Shown here: positions 1 through 12,952 of the stretch, piece by piece | Numbering within the stretch: position 1 is the first letter of the stretch | How the letters are laid out: every line of letters starts with the position of its first letter | Assembly (NCBI GenBank): GCA_904063045.1 | Contig: CAJFCJ010000005.1 | Location: forward strand, 2,846,165 to 2,910,164 | Source: Dimorphilus gyrociliatus | Taxonomy: Eukaryota; Animalia; Annelida | Length of the DNA stretch: 64,000 bases | Direction: 5' to 3' | Translations under genes and position numbers: made by a program | The notes under the pieces: generated by a model | Told to the model about the DNA's origin: nothing | Database searches by the model: none | What the model saw: the letters and a program-made list of their open reading frames with translations, nothing else

Positions 1-1948
1 TCGGAAAATTAGTACAGTGGAATACTAAAGATTTAATAGAATATGCCTTTATGTTACGTGCAACTTCAGCATGCTCGTCATATGCTAAAATGTAATGTAG
101 ATAGTCTTCTGAAGGGAAAGCTGAAGTATCTATTTCTTCGATTTCATCTGATTTCGGCTTTAAAGTCATAAATCTATAATAAATATTAAACTTGAGTATT
201 GTTATTAATCTTTAAATATTTAAAAATCTGATATAAAAACCTTAAATTACGATTTCCATCCCAAGCAATCAAAATGCAACTAGCTTTCCTATATATTCCT
301 TCAGAAGTATTTTTAGAATATATTTTTCCTACTAGCTGCAATTTTAACATAAATTTATTCGCTTCTCATCTCTTTTAACGTATTTAAACAAAGAAATTAC
401 TTGACAAATGAATCCAGTATAGCAAAGACGATTTAATGTTCCAAAGTTGTCACCTTTAATCTTGCGTCTAAAGTCGCTTAGATTGTCCTTTACTTTACTA
501 TCAGCAATCTCAATATTTTTAGCATCAGTATTACTCAGACTAATATAAATTTCATTTATGTCGCCTTCATTATGCTTAATATTAAGATTTCTCAGTAATA
601 CAGTATCTTCAACCTTTATCGAAAATAGTAATAATTAATATTATCAAATATTTTTTGTCTATAATTAGATACTTTGATGCGCTTAATTTGTTCATAAAAT
701 TTCTTGTGTACATGGACATCATAGGAATCGTTCCAAACTAAACCAAGGAATGGTGTAATTTCTCTAATAGACCCTATATAATTGGTTAATGCTGAATTCA
801 TTAGGTTTCTGTTAAAATATACGAATTATTTATTAATTATTTTCTGATGTATATACTGTATATTGTAAACATAATAATTTACAATTGACTTCTTGTTCCA
901 TCCCAAATTTTAAGTAAAATTTTATCATCTATATCAATTATTGCCAAAACTTTACATCTTAAGGAAAATGGAAAGTTTTGATTTATCGAATCACTTATTG
1001 CGTATGCTGATGAGGAATTTAAGCTTCTAGGCTGAAAGAGAAGCGCTTTTCTGGTCATCCAAAATTTTCTCAACTCAACCACCTAATAGAATATAAATGA
1101 ATAAAACCAAATTCTAACGAGCAACGAAAAAACATTTTACATATTTAATATCCGTTCGTTTAAGTCTAAACTTCCTTTGACCATAAATCACAGGCGTTAA
1201 TGAGGAATTGATATCACCTGAAAATCTTAACCATACAGCTCCCCAGCCTGTGGATGCAGTGCACTGTAATTTCCCTTTAAATAATTTACACTAAAAGTAT
1301 TAGAAATGTTATAAATAATTATAAATAATTTTAAATGCATTATAGTTATGGCATACTCGTAATCTTTTTATAACAAATATATCACCAATACTATTAGACG
1401 TAGGCATCTCATTCTCATTGTCGCTGAATAATGTTATTGGTACACTATTTTCTAAAGTTTCATCCATCAGTTTAAGAAAAAATCGGCAACCTTGAAAAGT
1501 AAACAAGATCAATTATGATATAATAAAAGAATTAAATATTAAAAGAATAACAAACTATTATTCTTTACTCTTGATACAGAATCGCAATAGGTAAGAATCC
1601 CACTGACGTTAAATGTATGTTGAGACATAGTCAAGTTTTTTAACAAAGTAATCTCATTATCCAATGAAAACTTTAAGAAAAACAAAAATTATTAGCGTTA
1701 TTCATAAATCATATTTATTATTAATATAAGAAAATATCATACAATAGCCGGGGGAATAAATATCCATACTTCGGTCAAATTTTGAGGTTTTGTTCTAGTT
1801 TCTATCCTAAATGGATGTGGTCCGTGTTTGTTGATTGAAGGATTAATGGTTACTTTGTTTAATATAATAACATCCTTATTATATAAGAAAATGAAAGCAA
1901 AGAAAAGAAGATATAGTTTATATATATCTATATGTGTATATATGTAAT

Positions 1949-1980
<32 letters not shown>

Positions 1981-2370
1981 ATACCCCAGTTTCAACGGCA
2001 TCTGCTATTCTACTATATTCCATTGTAAAGTAACAATCTATCATTTCATCTTCATCTTCAGGATTATTTACTGTAATTTTTTTACAATCATACTTTTTAG
2101 AGCTCTTATGTGTGTGTTTTACAGCTACCTACAGAGGGAAAAAAACGAAACTAAAAATAATTATTCAACGTGCATTTCAAAACAAAACGGTGGAAATTTT
2201 TAAAGTTATTTTAAAACTACCACTATCCATTTATTGGCAAATTCTTCACCCCTTTTTAAATCTCTAATTTTTGCAATTTCAGTATCTTTCTTATTTTGAA
2301 TAAATTCCTGAGCTCTCTTTAAGGGGTTTAGTGTTTGCAAAATTTGAATTTTCTTTTTTATAGCCGGCAT
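1..2370 (-). CDS. POT1: Protection of telomeres 1 (multi-exon; 3' end runs off the window)
   Basis: ATG at 2370 (MPAIKKKIQ..., donor at 2220). Spliced peptides carry OB1-type motifs (VETGDVIILNKVTI; ITLFS...SIGDIFVIKRLRV) and OB2/POT1PC-type motifs (LLKIWDGT; ILIAWDGN...AYDEHAEVARNIK). Confidence 0.8.
1949..1973. repeat. (TA)n microsatellite in a POT1 intron
   Basis: Pure TA run. Confidence 0.9.
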
Positions 2371-3095
2371 TTCTCAGTCATTCTTTTATCGCTCATATGT
2401 AGGCTCAAACTTTACGAAAGAGCTCCAATGACAAAATAATTTTAAGGACATATAAAATTTTTAGATAAAGACTTTATTCTAAGAATTTAGAGTTTCACAT
2501 TACGAAATTCGCCTATTAGAACATTTGTAGATTCAACGTCTACCAGTTTATTTATATTTGTATATATTTATTACTATTTTACAAAAAATTTCCTCGATCA
2601 GAGATTGTCAAGCGTATTTTCTGTTAAACGAGAAAAGAAAATTTCGTTATAGACGAAAGGTTAAATTATCAATTAATCTCTATGATATAATATATTGTAT
2701 AAATAATAGTATACTTTATAGCAGAGTGTATCGAGCACTTCTATTATAATGTAATCTTTCAGAAAACCCTAAGTTGGCTCTACGGAGTCGAGACATTTAA
2801 CATTTAATATATATTAATAAACAAATTTCAGAATAATTTGATAATTCGTTTTGCTAGAAATCCTAAAGCATTTGCGTTCAATACTTATATATATAACAAA
2901 ATGCATATCTCAAACGTTTTCAATGAGCTCTGTCAATTATTAAGGCATGAATCATTCCAACGAATAACATTCTTCGAATCGGGCAACTGATTCATGAGAA
3001 TTTGTATAAAGCAAGCATTATTTATTGTTTATTTAGGGGTGAATCAGGAGAGGAAATGGATTAAGTGACGTGTAATCACTATTCAAATTGTCAAA

Positions 3096-4380
3096 ATGGC
3101 AAAGTATGACTTAAAAGCGCTGCCCATAGGCTATGAAGTTCATGGTATTAACTTGAAGAACGAATTACCGGCCGATATCGTAGACCAAATAAGAAAAGAT
3201 ACAATTAAGCATAAAATTTTAGTTTTCAAAAATCAAGGCGTTATTTTACCCCAGCGACAGTTGCAAATTACGAGGTTGTCCAATCAATATACATTAAAAT
3301 CTAAATAGTTACAAAAGAGGGAAATATCTCTCTCTCTGTTTATTTCTTTACGCTAGATGGTTCGGCGATATAGAGGAGCTAGGGATCGAAGAACATGCCA
3401 GAGTTAAGGGCTGTACAGGCGTTTTAAGAGTGTCTAATGATGAATTAGAAGGTTTAAGAGGTTTTGGAACTAGTGGTTTCCACATCGATGGAGGTTTCCT
3501 TCACAATCCGTGCGCAAATTCTATTTACCATATAGTCTCCTGTCCTAAGGCTGGAAAGACTGGTGCGTGGGAATGTCACCAGGTAAAAGGATTTAAAACT
3601 TAATTTACATTTCAACAGTCTTCATCGACTTGGCCAAAATAATAGAGAACCTAGCACAAGAGATGCTTTTAAGATGGGAAAGATTATGGCCAGTCTGGAC
3701 GTATAAACAGATTCTAGGAAGTTGTAATTCAGGTCCAACCGTCGTGGCACATCCCCTTATTTATCCACATCCCTTAACTAGTCAACCAGTAAGTGATTGA
3801 TTTCAATAAATCATATATCTAATGAAGCCTGCGCAATTGAATAACTAACAGACATTGGCCATAGCAATGGGAAAAATTAAACGCTTTATTTGGGATATGG
3901 GAACAGCTACAGAGCGGAAGGCAACAAGAGAAGAGTCTACGTCTATATTGAAGGAGATACAAAATGAATTGGACAAAAATGTCCAATACGCTCACGCTTG
4001 GGAGTCGGGCGACTTTATTATTACAGACAATTTAGCTGTAGGGCACTATGCTGATGCAGATACGCAGATGACGAAGGTTTTTCTGCCTTTTTTCTATTAC
4101 TATTTCTCATTGCTAAATTAAGAAGTAAAATATATAACTATTTTATTACTTTTCTTAGGAGGAGGTCGGCCTACGAGTTATGCATAGAACATGTGTTAGA
4201 GGAAAGTTTGTCCCTTTCAAAAACGATTGTATACCTATCGAACCCTCTATAACTGCGCCTAATTCTGAAGAATTACCGTCTTTGACCGACCTCGAACTTA
4301 ATCTCCCAGACGACGTTGTTAAAGATATCGAAAATCGAATTGAGGAGATTAAGAAAGAGGAATTACCCATTAAAGATTAA
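3096..4380 (+). CDS. TauD/TfdA-family Fe(II)/2-oxoglutarate dioxygenase (5 exons)
   Basis: N-terminal ...HKILVFKNQ; HxD motif (GFHIDGG); HPLIYPHP; WESGDFIITDNLAVGH; MHRT; GT-AG introns (e.g. 3275-3356). Confidence 0.8.
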
Positions 4381-4677
4381 CGCATAAAGAAATACTTCAA
4401 TGCATGTGTATTCATGTACAACAATGGGCGTTATAAATGATAGTGGCATCTTTTGTATTTTTCTTAAATAGACGATGGCAACAAACTTTGTACAAGGACA
4501 TTCTTTTTTAATATAAAATAAATGACTTCTTTTGAGCTATATAAACTGTCCTGGTAGAACTTTTCCTTCTCGATATAAAGACGAGACGATTCAGCAAAAA
4601 CGAAAACAAAATAAAGTCAGTTTATAAATCAGGGTCAAATTCTAAAATTGATAAGCAATATTTGTACAGATTATTCA

Positions 4678-4966
4678 CTACGATTTCTTATCATTTTCGC
4701 TAGACGCCTTCGAATCGTCTTTTTCACTGACCGCTGAATTCTCTGAGGATTCTTCGTCTGTTGTTAGAGTACGATAAAAAACATCTAATTTGGTATACAA
4801 TCAGATTTTTCTTACCCGAACACTTTAATTTGGCGAGTTGTGAAGGCAAATTACCGGCACCAGTGGTAGTTCCGCTTCCATCTAGAATATCGTGTAAAGC
4901 ATTGCGACGACCCGTTCTTCCCGTTCGCATAAACTTTTCAATTCCACCCGAGTCGACGTCTGCCAT
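4678..4966 (-). CDS. cAMP-dependent protein kinase inhibitor (PKI family), 2 coding exons (4966-4816, 4757-4678)
   Basis: Pseudosubstrate FMRTGRTGRRNAL followed by an NES-like LPSQLAKL and an acidic tail ending at TAG 4678-4680. Confidence 0.9.
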
Positions 4967-7780
4967 GGGGTAAGGCTGATGGGAAGGAATAATGTAAGTT
5001 GTTTGTTTAAAACTCTATATGTTGTAAGGCATCGCTAGGCGTTACTTTAATATGAAGTCCTCAAGATTAACAAAGAAATTTTGGTTAGCAAACAAGACGT
5101 CAGTTGTAATTAACAAAGCAAGAAAATATCTCAAGAAATAAACGTGTTGATACTATTTCGTTTAGTTACCACTACTTGAACCAATTCCCTAGAATAAGCA
5201 GTAACGATATTTTACGTCAAGGTAAAACCAGTAGTGACTAAAAGACTCATTAACCTGATAAAATAAGTATCATCTACACAATTAGCCGTTGCGTTAAACG
5301 GGTGTCTATTTCTAATATCCCAAGGTTGCTTATTTTTATTGAGGCACAAATAATACGGGCTTGTTGTTCAATGTGTTTATATGCACTTTAATGTAAAAAA
5401 AAAAACCTTTTTGTCATCTTTCACTGACTGTATAAAAATACAAATCGATATTCTATAAACTTTTAACCTCGACGACGCTTGTGGAAGATGCCTGGAAAAA
5501 TTGTATGATGCTATTTATAGATGTGTTTACAGCCTCATTTTCAGTCATTATCAGCTATAGGCACGTTCTAAAAAAATGACATGTGATTTTTATTCCCTAT
5601 CACGGAAGGGTCTTTATTGATTATAGAATTGAATTTAAACAGGTAAACACAAGTAAAGAAAATTTCTCTGCTGGAGGCGAGAAAAGAGAAAAAACAAGAA
5701 AGATATTATAGCTTGGATTAGCAAAGATGTAGTTTTGTGACAAAGCCTGCATAGCAATAGTAAAGATTGATAATAAAATTTATATTCAATAAAAAGTCAA
5801 GGAAAATTATGACGTATAACTTTATAAATTATACCATCAACTTAATAATATAATCTACCATATATCGCAGACAACGCCTTGTTAGCTCGTTTTATCAATC
5901 ATAAACTCACAAATTCATATTGTTTTTTTTTTTTTTAAAACACACTTACACGTTTGTTTATAAATTATATGTACATATATTATTTGAAAATATACTACTA
6001 GTACCACAATGTAAGAATATCGCACGCTTCTATTAATTAATGAAAAACTTTGCATTTGTAAGTCTTGAAATCGATTGATATTTATGTTTTAAAATATGTA
6101 TTAGTTATATCTTTGGCTATGAAACCTATTGTTTCAAATGTGAGTAACTATGAAAATATAAGCATATACTATATAAAAATTCGTTGATTAGTCAAATGGG
6201 AAAATGAATAATATTATAGAAACAGGTACTTTTTAAATTATATACCTACAAGTAGATAAAATTCTCTTGTCTACCTAATCCAAATAAAAAAATAAAAAGA
6301 CATGTACATAAAGCTATCTTCCCCTAAAAGCTCTTTCATTCCTTATATACTTACTTTTTGAAAATATTATTCCTTTGGTAGTTGTGAAACTTATTATAAA
6401 ATCTTTTCTCAATTGTTAAATTTTTTTTAAAGTTAGCGCATTGAAATATGAAAAACTAGAGACAACTTTCATATACGATCGTTGCAGTCAGACTTTCGTA
6501 ACCAAATGAATAAACTGCAAGGCTGAAATATTGCGAGTGCTTTACAGGTGGCGCTGTCTCTTCATAAACATTTTAATTCTTCGTTCTCGATGTTTGGCTT
6601 TACTTAAGCATTCATCTATTTCTTTTTTATACATTCAGTACAAAGGATCTATTTTTTAAAATAAGATCGATTTGCGATATAATTATTTTATTTATCGTAT
6701 TGTCATTTCCGTTAAAATATCGATATGTTTTCCTCTTTCGCCACCTGGGGGATTTTGAAGTGTCAAATTTAGAAAGCCGCCCTCTATAGAGTGGTCAGAC
6801 CTTAAAGAGGTGGGGATATAATTTAGAAAAATGATCTTTTTAAGTATTCTAAGTATCTATTGACGTTTAAGCACTCGATAAAATATTGTTTATCCAATTT
6901 AGCCGAAAATGCAATAAAGCAACATCAAACAAATGAAAGGTTTGATAAGGGCTTCAGTGCTGGACAGAATTCGATATCGATCGACTAATGACCAAAATCA
7001 ATACGGCTTGGTGACGTCTGTGAGCAGCTTTGACGCAGTTTTTCCTACTTTTTCTAAATAATATTTTGGCTTTATATCTTAGAGAATGTGCTAGTAAATC
7101 GGGGCCAGTAACTTAGATGCTCTCTTTAAAGAAATGAGAATGCATAGAATCTCACCGAATATCTCTTCTTATATTTACAATTTCGAATTTTTGATTTATT
7201 ATCCTCCGCTTCATAATTTGTAAAACCTATGATGACAGAGAAATACACAAATCAATTACTATTACATAACAACAATAGAAAATTTGTTAGCAACTGTTAT
7301 ATAATATTATTAGCAAATTTTTAAAGAGAACTTGCCTGAAATCGAATGGCGTCTTTCAGTCAGCTCAGCTATCTCTTTTTCCAGACTATGTTCTGGAAAT
7401 TCTATGTTCAGATCGTGTTCCGTGTGAGATTTCATAGTCTGCATACTGCCTGAACGAGACAAACTTTTCCTAACACATCCGTTGGAAGAATTAATTTACG
7501 AGCAGATAGCATCAACAGCTGATAGCCTCCTATTGGGCCCAAACATGTTTGCAAATCAAAACGTAATCGAGACGATCAGCTTGTTTGAGGTGTTTTCCTT
7601 AGCGCAAATAATAAACGGAAGTTGATTACGAACCTAGTGTTGAATTTTTTTTTTAAATGTTTTTTATAATTTTTCCTTTATTTTATATTTTCTTCCATAA
7701 ATTTAATAAGAAAATAGTTATTTTAATAATAGTTGGGCAACGGGTTCCTCTTATAGAAGATACGTTTGAGAAACTAGGTG

Positions 7781-7800
7781 CACTTCCGCGCGTGACGTCA
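7781..7800. promoter_or_regulatory. ETS (ACTTCCG) plus palindromic CRE (TGACGTCA) in the PKI/SERINC divergent region
   Basis: cacttccgcgcgtgacgtca; CRE at 7793-7800, about 120 nt upstream of the SERINC ATG. Confidence 0.5.
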
Positions 7801-7922
7801 TAGTTTCCATATTGTTTTCATAATAAAAGGAAAGCTTAGCGAGTTTTATACTCTATCTACTGTCGAACAAAATAACTTTTGATATATTTTAACGTAATTG
7901 TAAGCTTGAAAAAGAAGAAAAT

Positions 7923-10900
7923 ATGGGCTGTATAATTGGATCTCTTGCAGGAGCTGTAAGTATCTTAAATTTACTTATTTTTTTATTTATACGTTATGAC
8001 TCAGTTTATTGTGATCTATTCTGAAAATTCATTTTACAGGTCGCCTGCTGTTTCGGATCAGCAGCATGTAGTCTCTGCTGTGCTTGTTGTCCATCAGCTA
8101 AAAGCTCAACAACAACAAGAATCGCATACGCATTTTTACTTCTTCTTGGAACAATTGTTGCTTGTATTTTCCTAGCTCCAGGCCTGGCTGACAAATTAAA
8201 AGATATACCAGCACTCTGTAAAGGGACGTCGTTTTATGATGCTAAATTTGATTGTACCTCTATTGTGGGTTATCAATCAGTCTATAGAATATGCTTCGCT
8301 CTGACTATGTTCTTCTTTGTCATGAGTTTAATCTGCATTAAGGTTTGAATGATTATTAGTCATTGGTTTTCCCTACGGTCTAACAGGGCTTTTAAAATAT
8401 TTTGCAGGTAAAGTCAACGAAAGATCCGAGGGCAGCTTTACATAATGGATTGTGGTTTTTTAAACTTCTAGCAATTATTGGCATTTGCGTTGGAGCCTTT
8501 TTTATAAAGGATCCAAATTTTGCCAAAGCTTGGATGGTTATTGGTATGATTGGGGCGTTTCTATTTATTCTCATCCAACTTGTATTGCTTATCGACTTTG
8601 CCCATTCTTGGAATGAGAGTTGGGTTGGAAAGTTTGAAGAAAGTCAAAACAAAGGATGGTATGTTGGTAAGTAGAAAGAAAAGAAGGCTAATCCAAGCTT
8701 CTCATTAAGTAACTTTTTATAGGTTTGCTGGCATTCACTATCTTCTTCTACGCTATTGCAATTACTGTTCTCACCCTTTGCTATGTTTACTACGCCAAAG
8801 TAAGGATATACTATAAATAGAGAAAAGTTAATTTGTCATATACTTTATTTTCTAGGGAGACTGTAAACTTCATAAATTTTTCATTTCCTTCAATTTGATT
8901 CTCTGCGTAATCGTATCTGTTATCTCAATTCTACCACCTATCCAAGAGGCTTCTCCTCATTCAGGCTTGTTACAATCATCGCTGATCTCTTCGTAAGATT
9001 TACAATGGAATAAGTTTCCAAGCAGCAAAAGTATTTAATTATTTTTTACAGTTACGTTATGTATCTCACCTGGTCGTCCATGACTAATAATACGGATAAA
9101 ATGTGCAACCCCAGCATTTCCGATATTTTACAAGGAACCGTTGGACATAATACAACATCATCAGGTACAGGCTCCGATAAGCTTGCGACATTTGATTGGA
9201 AAAGCGTTATTGGTTTGGGCATATGGTTTGTTGCTATCCTATACGCAAGGTTGGTACGAATGTTGACAAACAATAAAATATTTCCTTTCTATGTCAAACA
9301 CTTAAAGTTATAACTTGCGCTAAACATTTTCCAACTATAAAAACCGTTACAGTTTGCGTAGTACTTCGAAAGCAGGTAGAATGAGTCTGTCAACTGGAGA
9401 ACAAACTTTGTTAACTGATGCAGCTGATACTTCGGGTATGACCTTGTTTTATTACCCAAGGTCAATTCTGAATAGATGCAGTTATATTTCTAGGAAAGAT
9501 TTAGCAAGGAATCAGATCTTTTTTTTTTAACTTATAGCGGCTCTCAATGTCGTTTTGTTGTGAAAAATTAGCATGTAAAACACATTTAAAAAATTTATTT
9601 TTTTTTTTTCTAAAATTCCAATCGGCAGCTTGCGTAGCTCTGGACATAGTCAAGCTGGAAAATTGACCTTAGGAGGGTCAAGCGAATCAGCAAATTTACC
9701 TAATGGTGAGTTGGAGGCCCTGTTTGTAAGGACCATCAAGTGAACATAAAATTATCGCACTTTCAACATACTAGGCTTTTTACTAATATTTTTCTTTCTT
9801 TTCATTTCAAGTTTGTGATAATCACTTTATCTATCCATCTATCTTTCTTTCCTAATCAGTTACTTTATTGTTTGTTTTTATTTAAAAAACATCTTGAAAA
9901 GTTCATATCGTCTGGCTATAGCAAAAATATAGATAGAAGCGTAGATTGAAGAGCGTAGTTAACAATATTTTGTTAAAATCATTTATTGAGACAATTTTAC
10001 AATTTTTTATAGTAATTAATTAGTATTATTAAGTCGTGATGATCCATTTTAACAATTAGTCTAGCTCCCACTGGGTCAACCCATTTGGATAAACTAACAA
10101 TGACAACAAAAAAAGATGACGATATAGAGAATGCAACGATCGTTAAGAATGATTACAACGACGCAGATTTTCGTAAAATAGAAGGTTAACTTTGTCTCTG
10201 AGCCAGATAATTGATTAAACATGATTAATGTATTTTTTTTCTTCCATGTATGTATATTGTATATTTTTTTTTTTTTTTGTAATTTTACTTCAATCCATCG
10301 TATGCGCAATTTAAGTTTATTTTTTTTAAGTCTTATTCTACTGCACAATTCAAACAAACTGTTACAAATTTTATTAGTTTTCACAAGTTTTTCTTGTGTA
10401 GTGAAAAACGAGTCACTTAAAACAAAAAATAGTATAAAGAGAAATGGAACTGCATTTATTCAGAACTGACTTATGCATAATCTATAAGTATACATATTAA
10501 ACACTTATTAGTATTAAAAGAAAATTAAATGCTTTTATGATATGTAGCTCAATGCATGTATGTCGTTGTTAAAAGCTTAAGATAATTTGGTGATTTAAAG
10601 TCTAACTTACATTCATTTATTACGCATGCGCAGACGATGGATATGATTTAGATGGTCAGGACGACAAAGGTGCTTTTATTTCTTCTGTAACATAATTTTT
10701 TGCTAACAAAAAACAATTGATTTTTTCCTGCTAAAAGAATTAAATTTCCTTTGAAACCGAATTTTAAAATTATATATCTTTTGTGGGATGCCCTAAAATG
10801 TTGAAATTTTTCAGCTGGTACGGTAACAGACAAAGATGATAAAGGACAAAAGGTGTGGGATAATGAAGAAGAAGGTGTTGCATACAATTACTCTTTCTTC

Positions 10901-11165
10901 CATGCAATGTTTATGCTGGCCTCATTATATATTATGATGACGTTAACACATTGGTATAAGTAAGTATCTAATGTTATATATACTTAATTTTCTTAATAAA
11001 ATTAACATAATTTTTCAATTTAGACCGGAAAATGGGAATTTGTCCAACTTCTCAGCAAACGAACCTTCAATGTGGGTAAAAATTAGTTCCTCTTGGGTTT
11101 GTGTAATTCTGTATGTATGGACAATTGTCGCTCCTGTTGTTCTGCCGGATCGAGACTTTTCTTGA
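7923..11165 (+). CDS. SERINC: Serine incorporator (SERINC/TMS1) with alternative exons
   Basis: [11 protein letters not shown]|[18 protein letters not shown]; HNGLWFFK; [15 protein letters not shown]; [16 protein letters not shown]; [10 protein letters not shown]...[15 protein letters not shown]. Confidence 0.95.
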
Positions 11166-12588
11166 AGACTGTATAAAAACGAAGTAAAGCATAACAAGTG
11201 GAAAATATAAGTGAGGAAAGAATGAATTTGTGTAATTTGATATATAAAAAGAAAACAAAAAAACAAAAAAAAACAAAACAAAAAAATACGAAAAAAATAA
11301 AAGAAACTATATAGAAAACTGATTTATTATCGAACAAAAATGTAGAAGATATATATATATGTATATATATATATATAAAACGAAGATCAGGATAATATAT
11401 CAAAAAAGAAAAAAAAATGCCTAGTGAATCTTCGTGTTCTTCTTCTTCTTCAACTTCTATTACTACTACATCTGAAATCACTAATTCGACTTTTTATTGT
11501 AGTATTTTTGTCTATATATATTTTTAAGACTCTGTATTTATTCTTGTCTACAAAAACAAAAAACTATCAAACTTTAATAATTAATGTATTTGATGATTCA
11601 AAGAAAAGACATTCTTAATAGAACATTATTGCATTAATCAAAAATAGACTCTCATTAGAACACAATATTGCGAATATACAAAAAACAATCGGAACTTACT
11701 TCTCTTGCTGTAGTTTATGATTTGCTACATTTTTTTTTATTTTACTGTATTACAGTAGTATTTGACTTCCTGTAATTATTTTAAATATTATATATTGCAG
11801 TATGGAAAATTTTAGCTCTTCGTTTTCTCCGCCAAAAAGACGACTTTTTTAAAAATGTATATAGTCTATTTATTATAGACCAGGGTAGAAAGCTCAACTT
11901 AATTGTGTAATACGTGACTTTTTCATTACAAGTCATCATTTATATTGATTACGCTGTTTGGTACTTTTTCCTTCTTACAAGTCAAAGTGGTTCTCCCTAT
12001 CTTTTATTGTTAAATAGGTGAGGAAATAGGGTAGAATTTCCAAGTAAAAATAGTAATAATTTACATCTAATATTATTCCAAAAAAAAAAATTCTCTTTCT
12101 GTCTTTCGATGTACAGCTATTAAATTTAGGCTTAGGCGAATATCACTTATATGTCATTATAAAATTAGATTCTATTATAATAGGCCTTTGTCAACACATT
12201 ACATTTCAATAACAAAGTTCAATTTACACATTTCGAGCCCTGTAGTAATTCTCTCTGCACGATCAACTTTCTCTATGTTCTTATTTGCCTTCTTTATATC
12301 AATTAAGCATAAAACAAAATAATTATATATAAAATAATAATAATTTATATTTGTATTTTTGGGACTGATACTATCCAGGATTTTCAACATTAACGAATAA
12401 TATTTATGTTATTTTGTTTTTTTAAAAAACAAATTGCCTCACAGTATAAAAGTAATCAATAGGTCCAAAACTACTGCCTATGTTGGTATATTGTTTAACA
12501 ATTGTTAAAAATATATATACAAAAATAGAGAGAGTGAGAGACAGGCAGAATGATAGACACACATGTACTATATATATATATATGCATT

Positions 12589-12608
12589 GAGAGAGAGAGA
12601 GAGAGAGA
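12589..12608. repeat. (GA)n microsatellite
   Basis: Pure GA run. Confidence 0.9.
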
Positions 12609-12952
12609 AAGAGAGTATATGCTGGTATTTTAAATTATATTGATAATAGAGTACAGTTCGTACTGCTGTAATTTGGGCGCTGCAACATATTTTTTTGATA
12701 GAGATACGTCTACACATCTACATTTAAATATATCGTTGTATCCTTAATTATTATAAATCTCTTCAAACTTGGACTATTTCTTTGTATGCAAGTTTTAAAT
12801 ATTATTTTGCTTTTATATTCTCTATCTAAACTTTATTTCTCTTTTAGTTAGTTCCTCACGGGAACCTTTCAATCATTCATTCATTCGTTCATTCGTTAAT
12901 TTCTCTCTTCCTCTATTCCCTCTTCCATAAGTATTTTCCCACAAATATAAAC

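Noticed and set aside
9740-12400. Several 60-130 aa ORFs in SERINC introns, 3' UTR and downstream
   Set aside because: Low-complexity A/T-run translations (poly-F, poly-K) without coding character.
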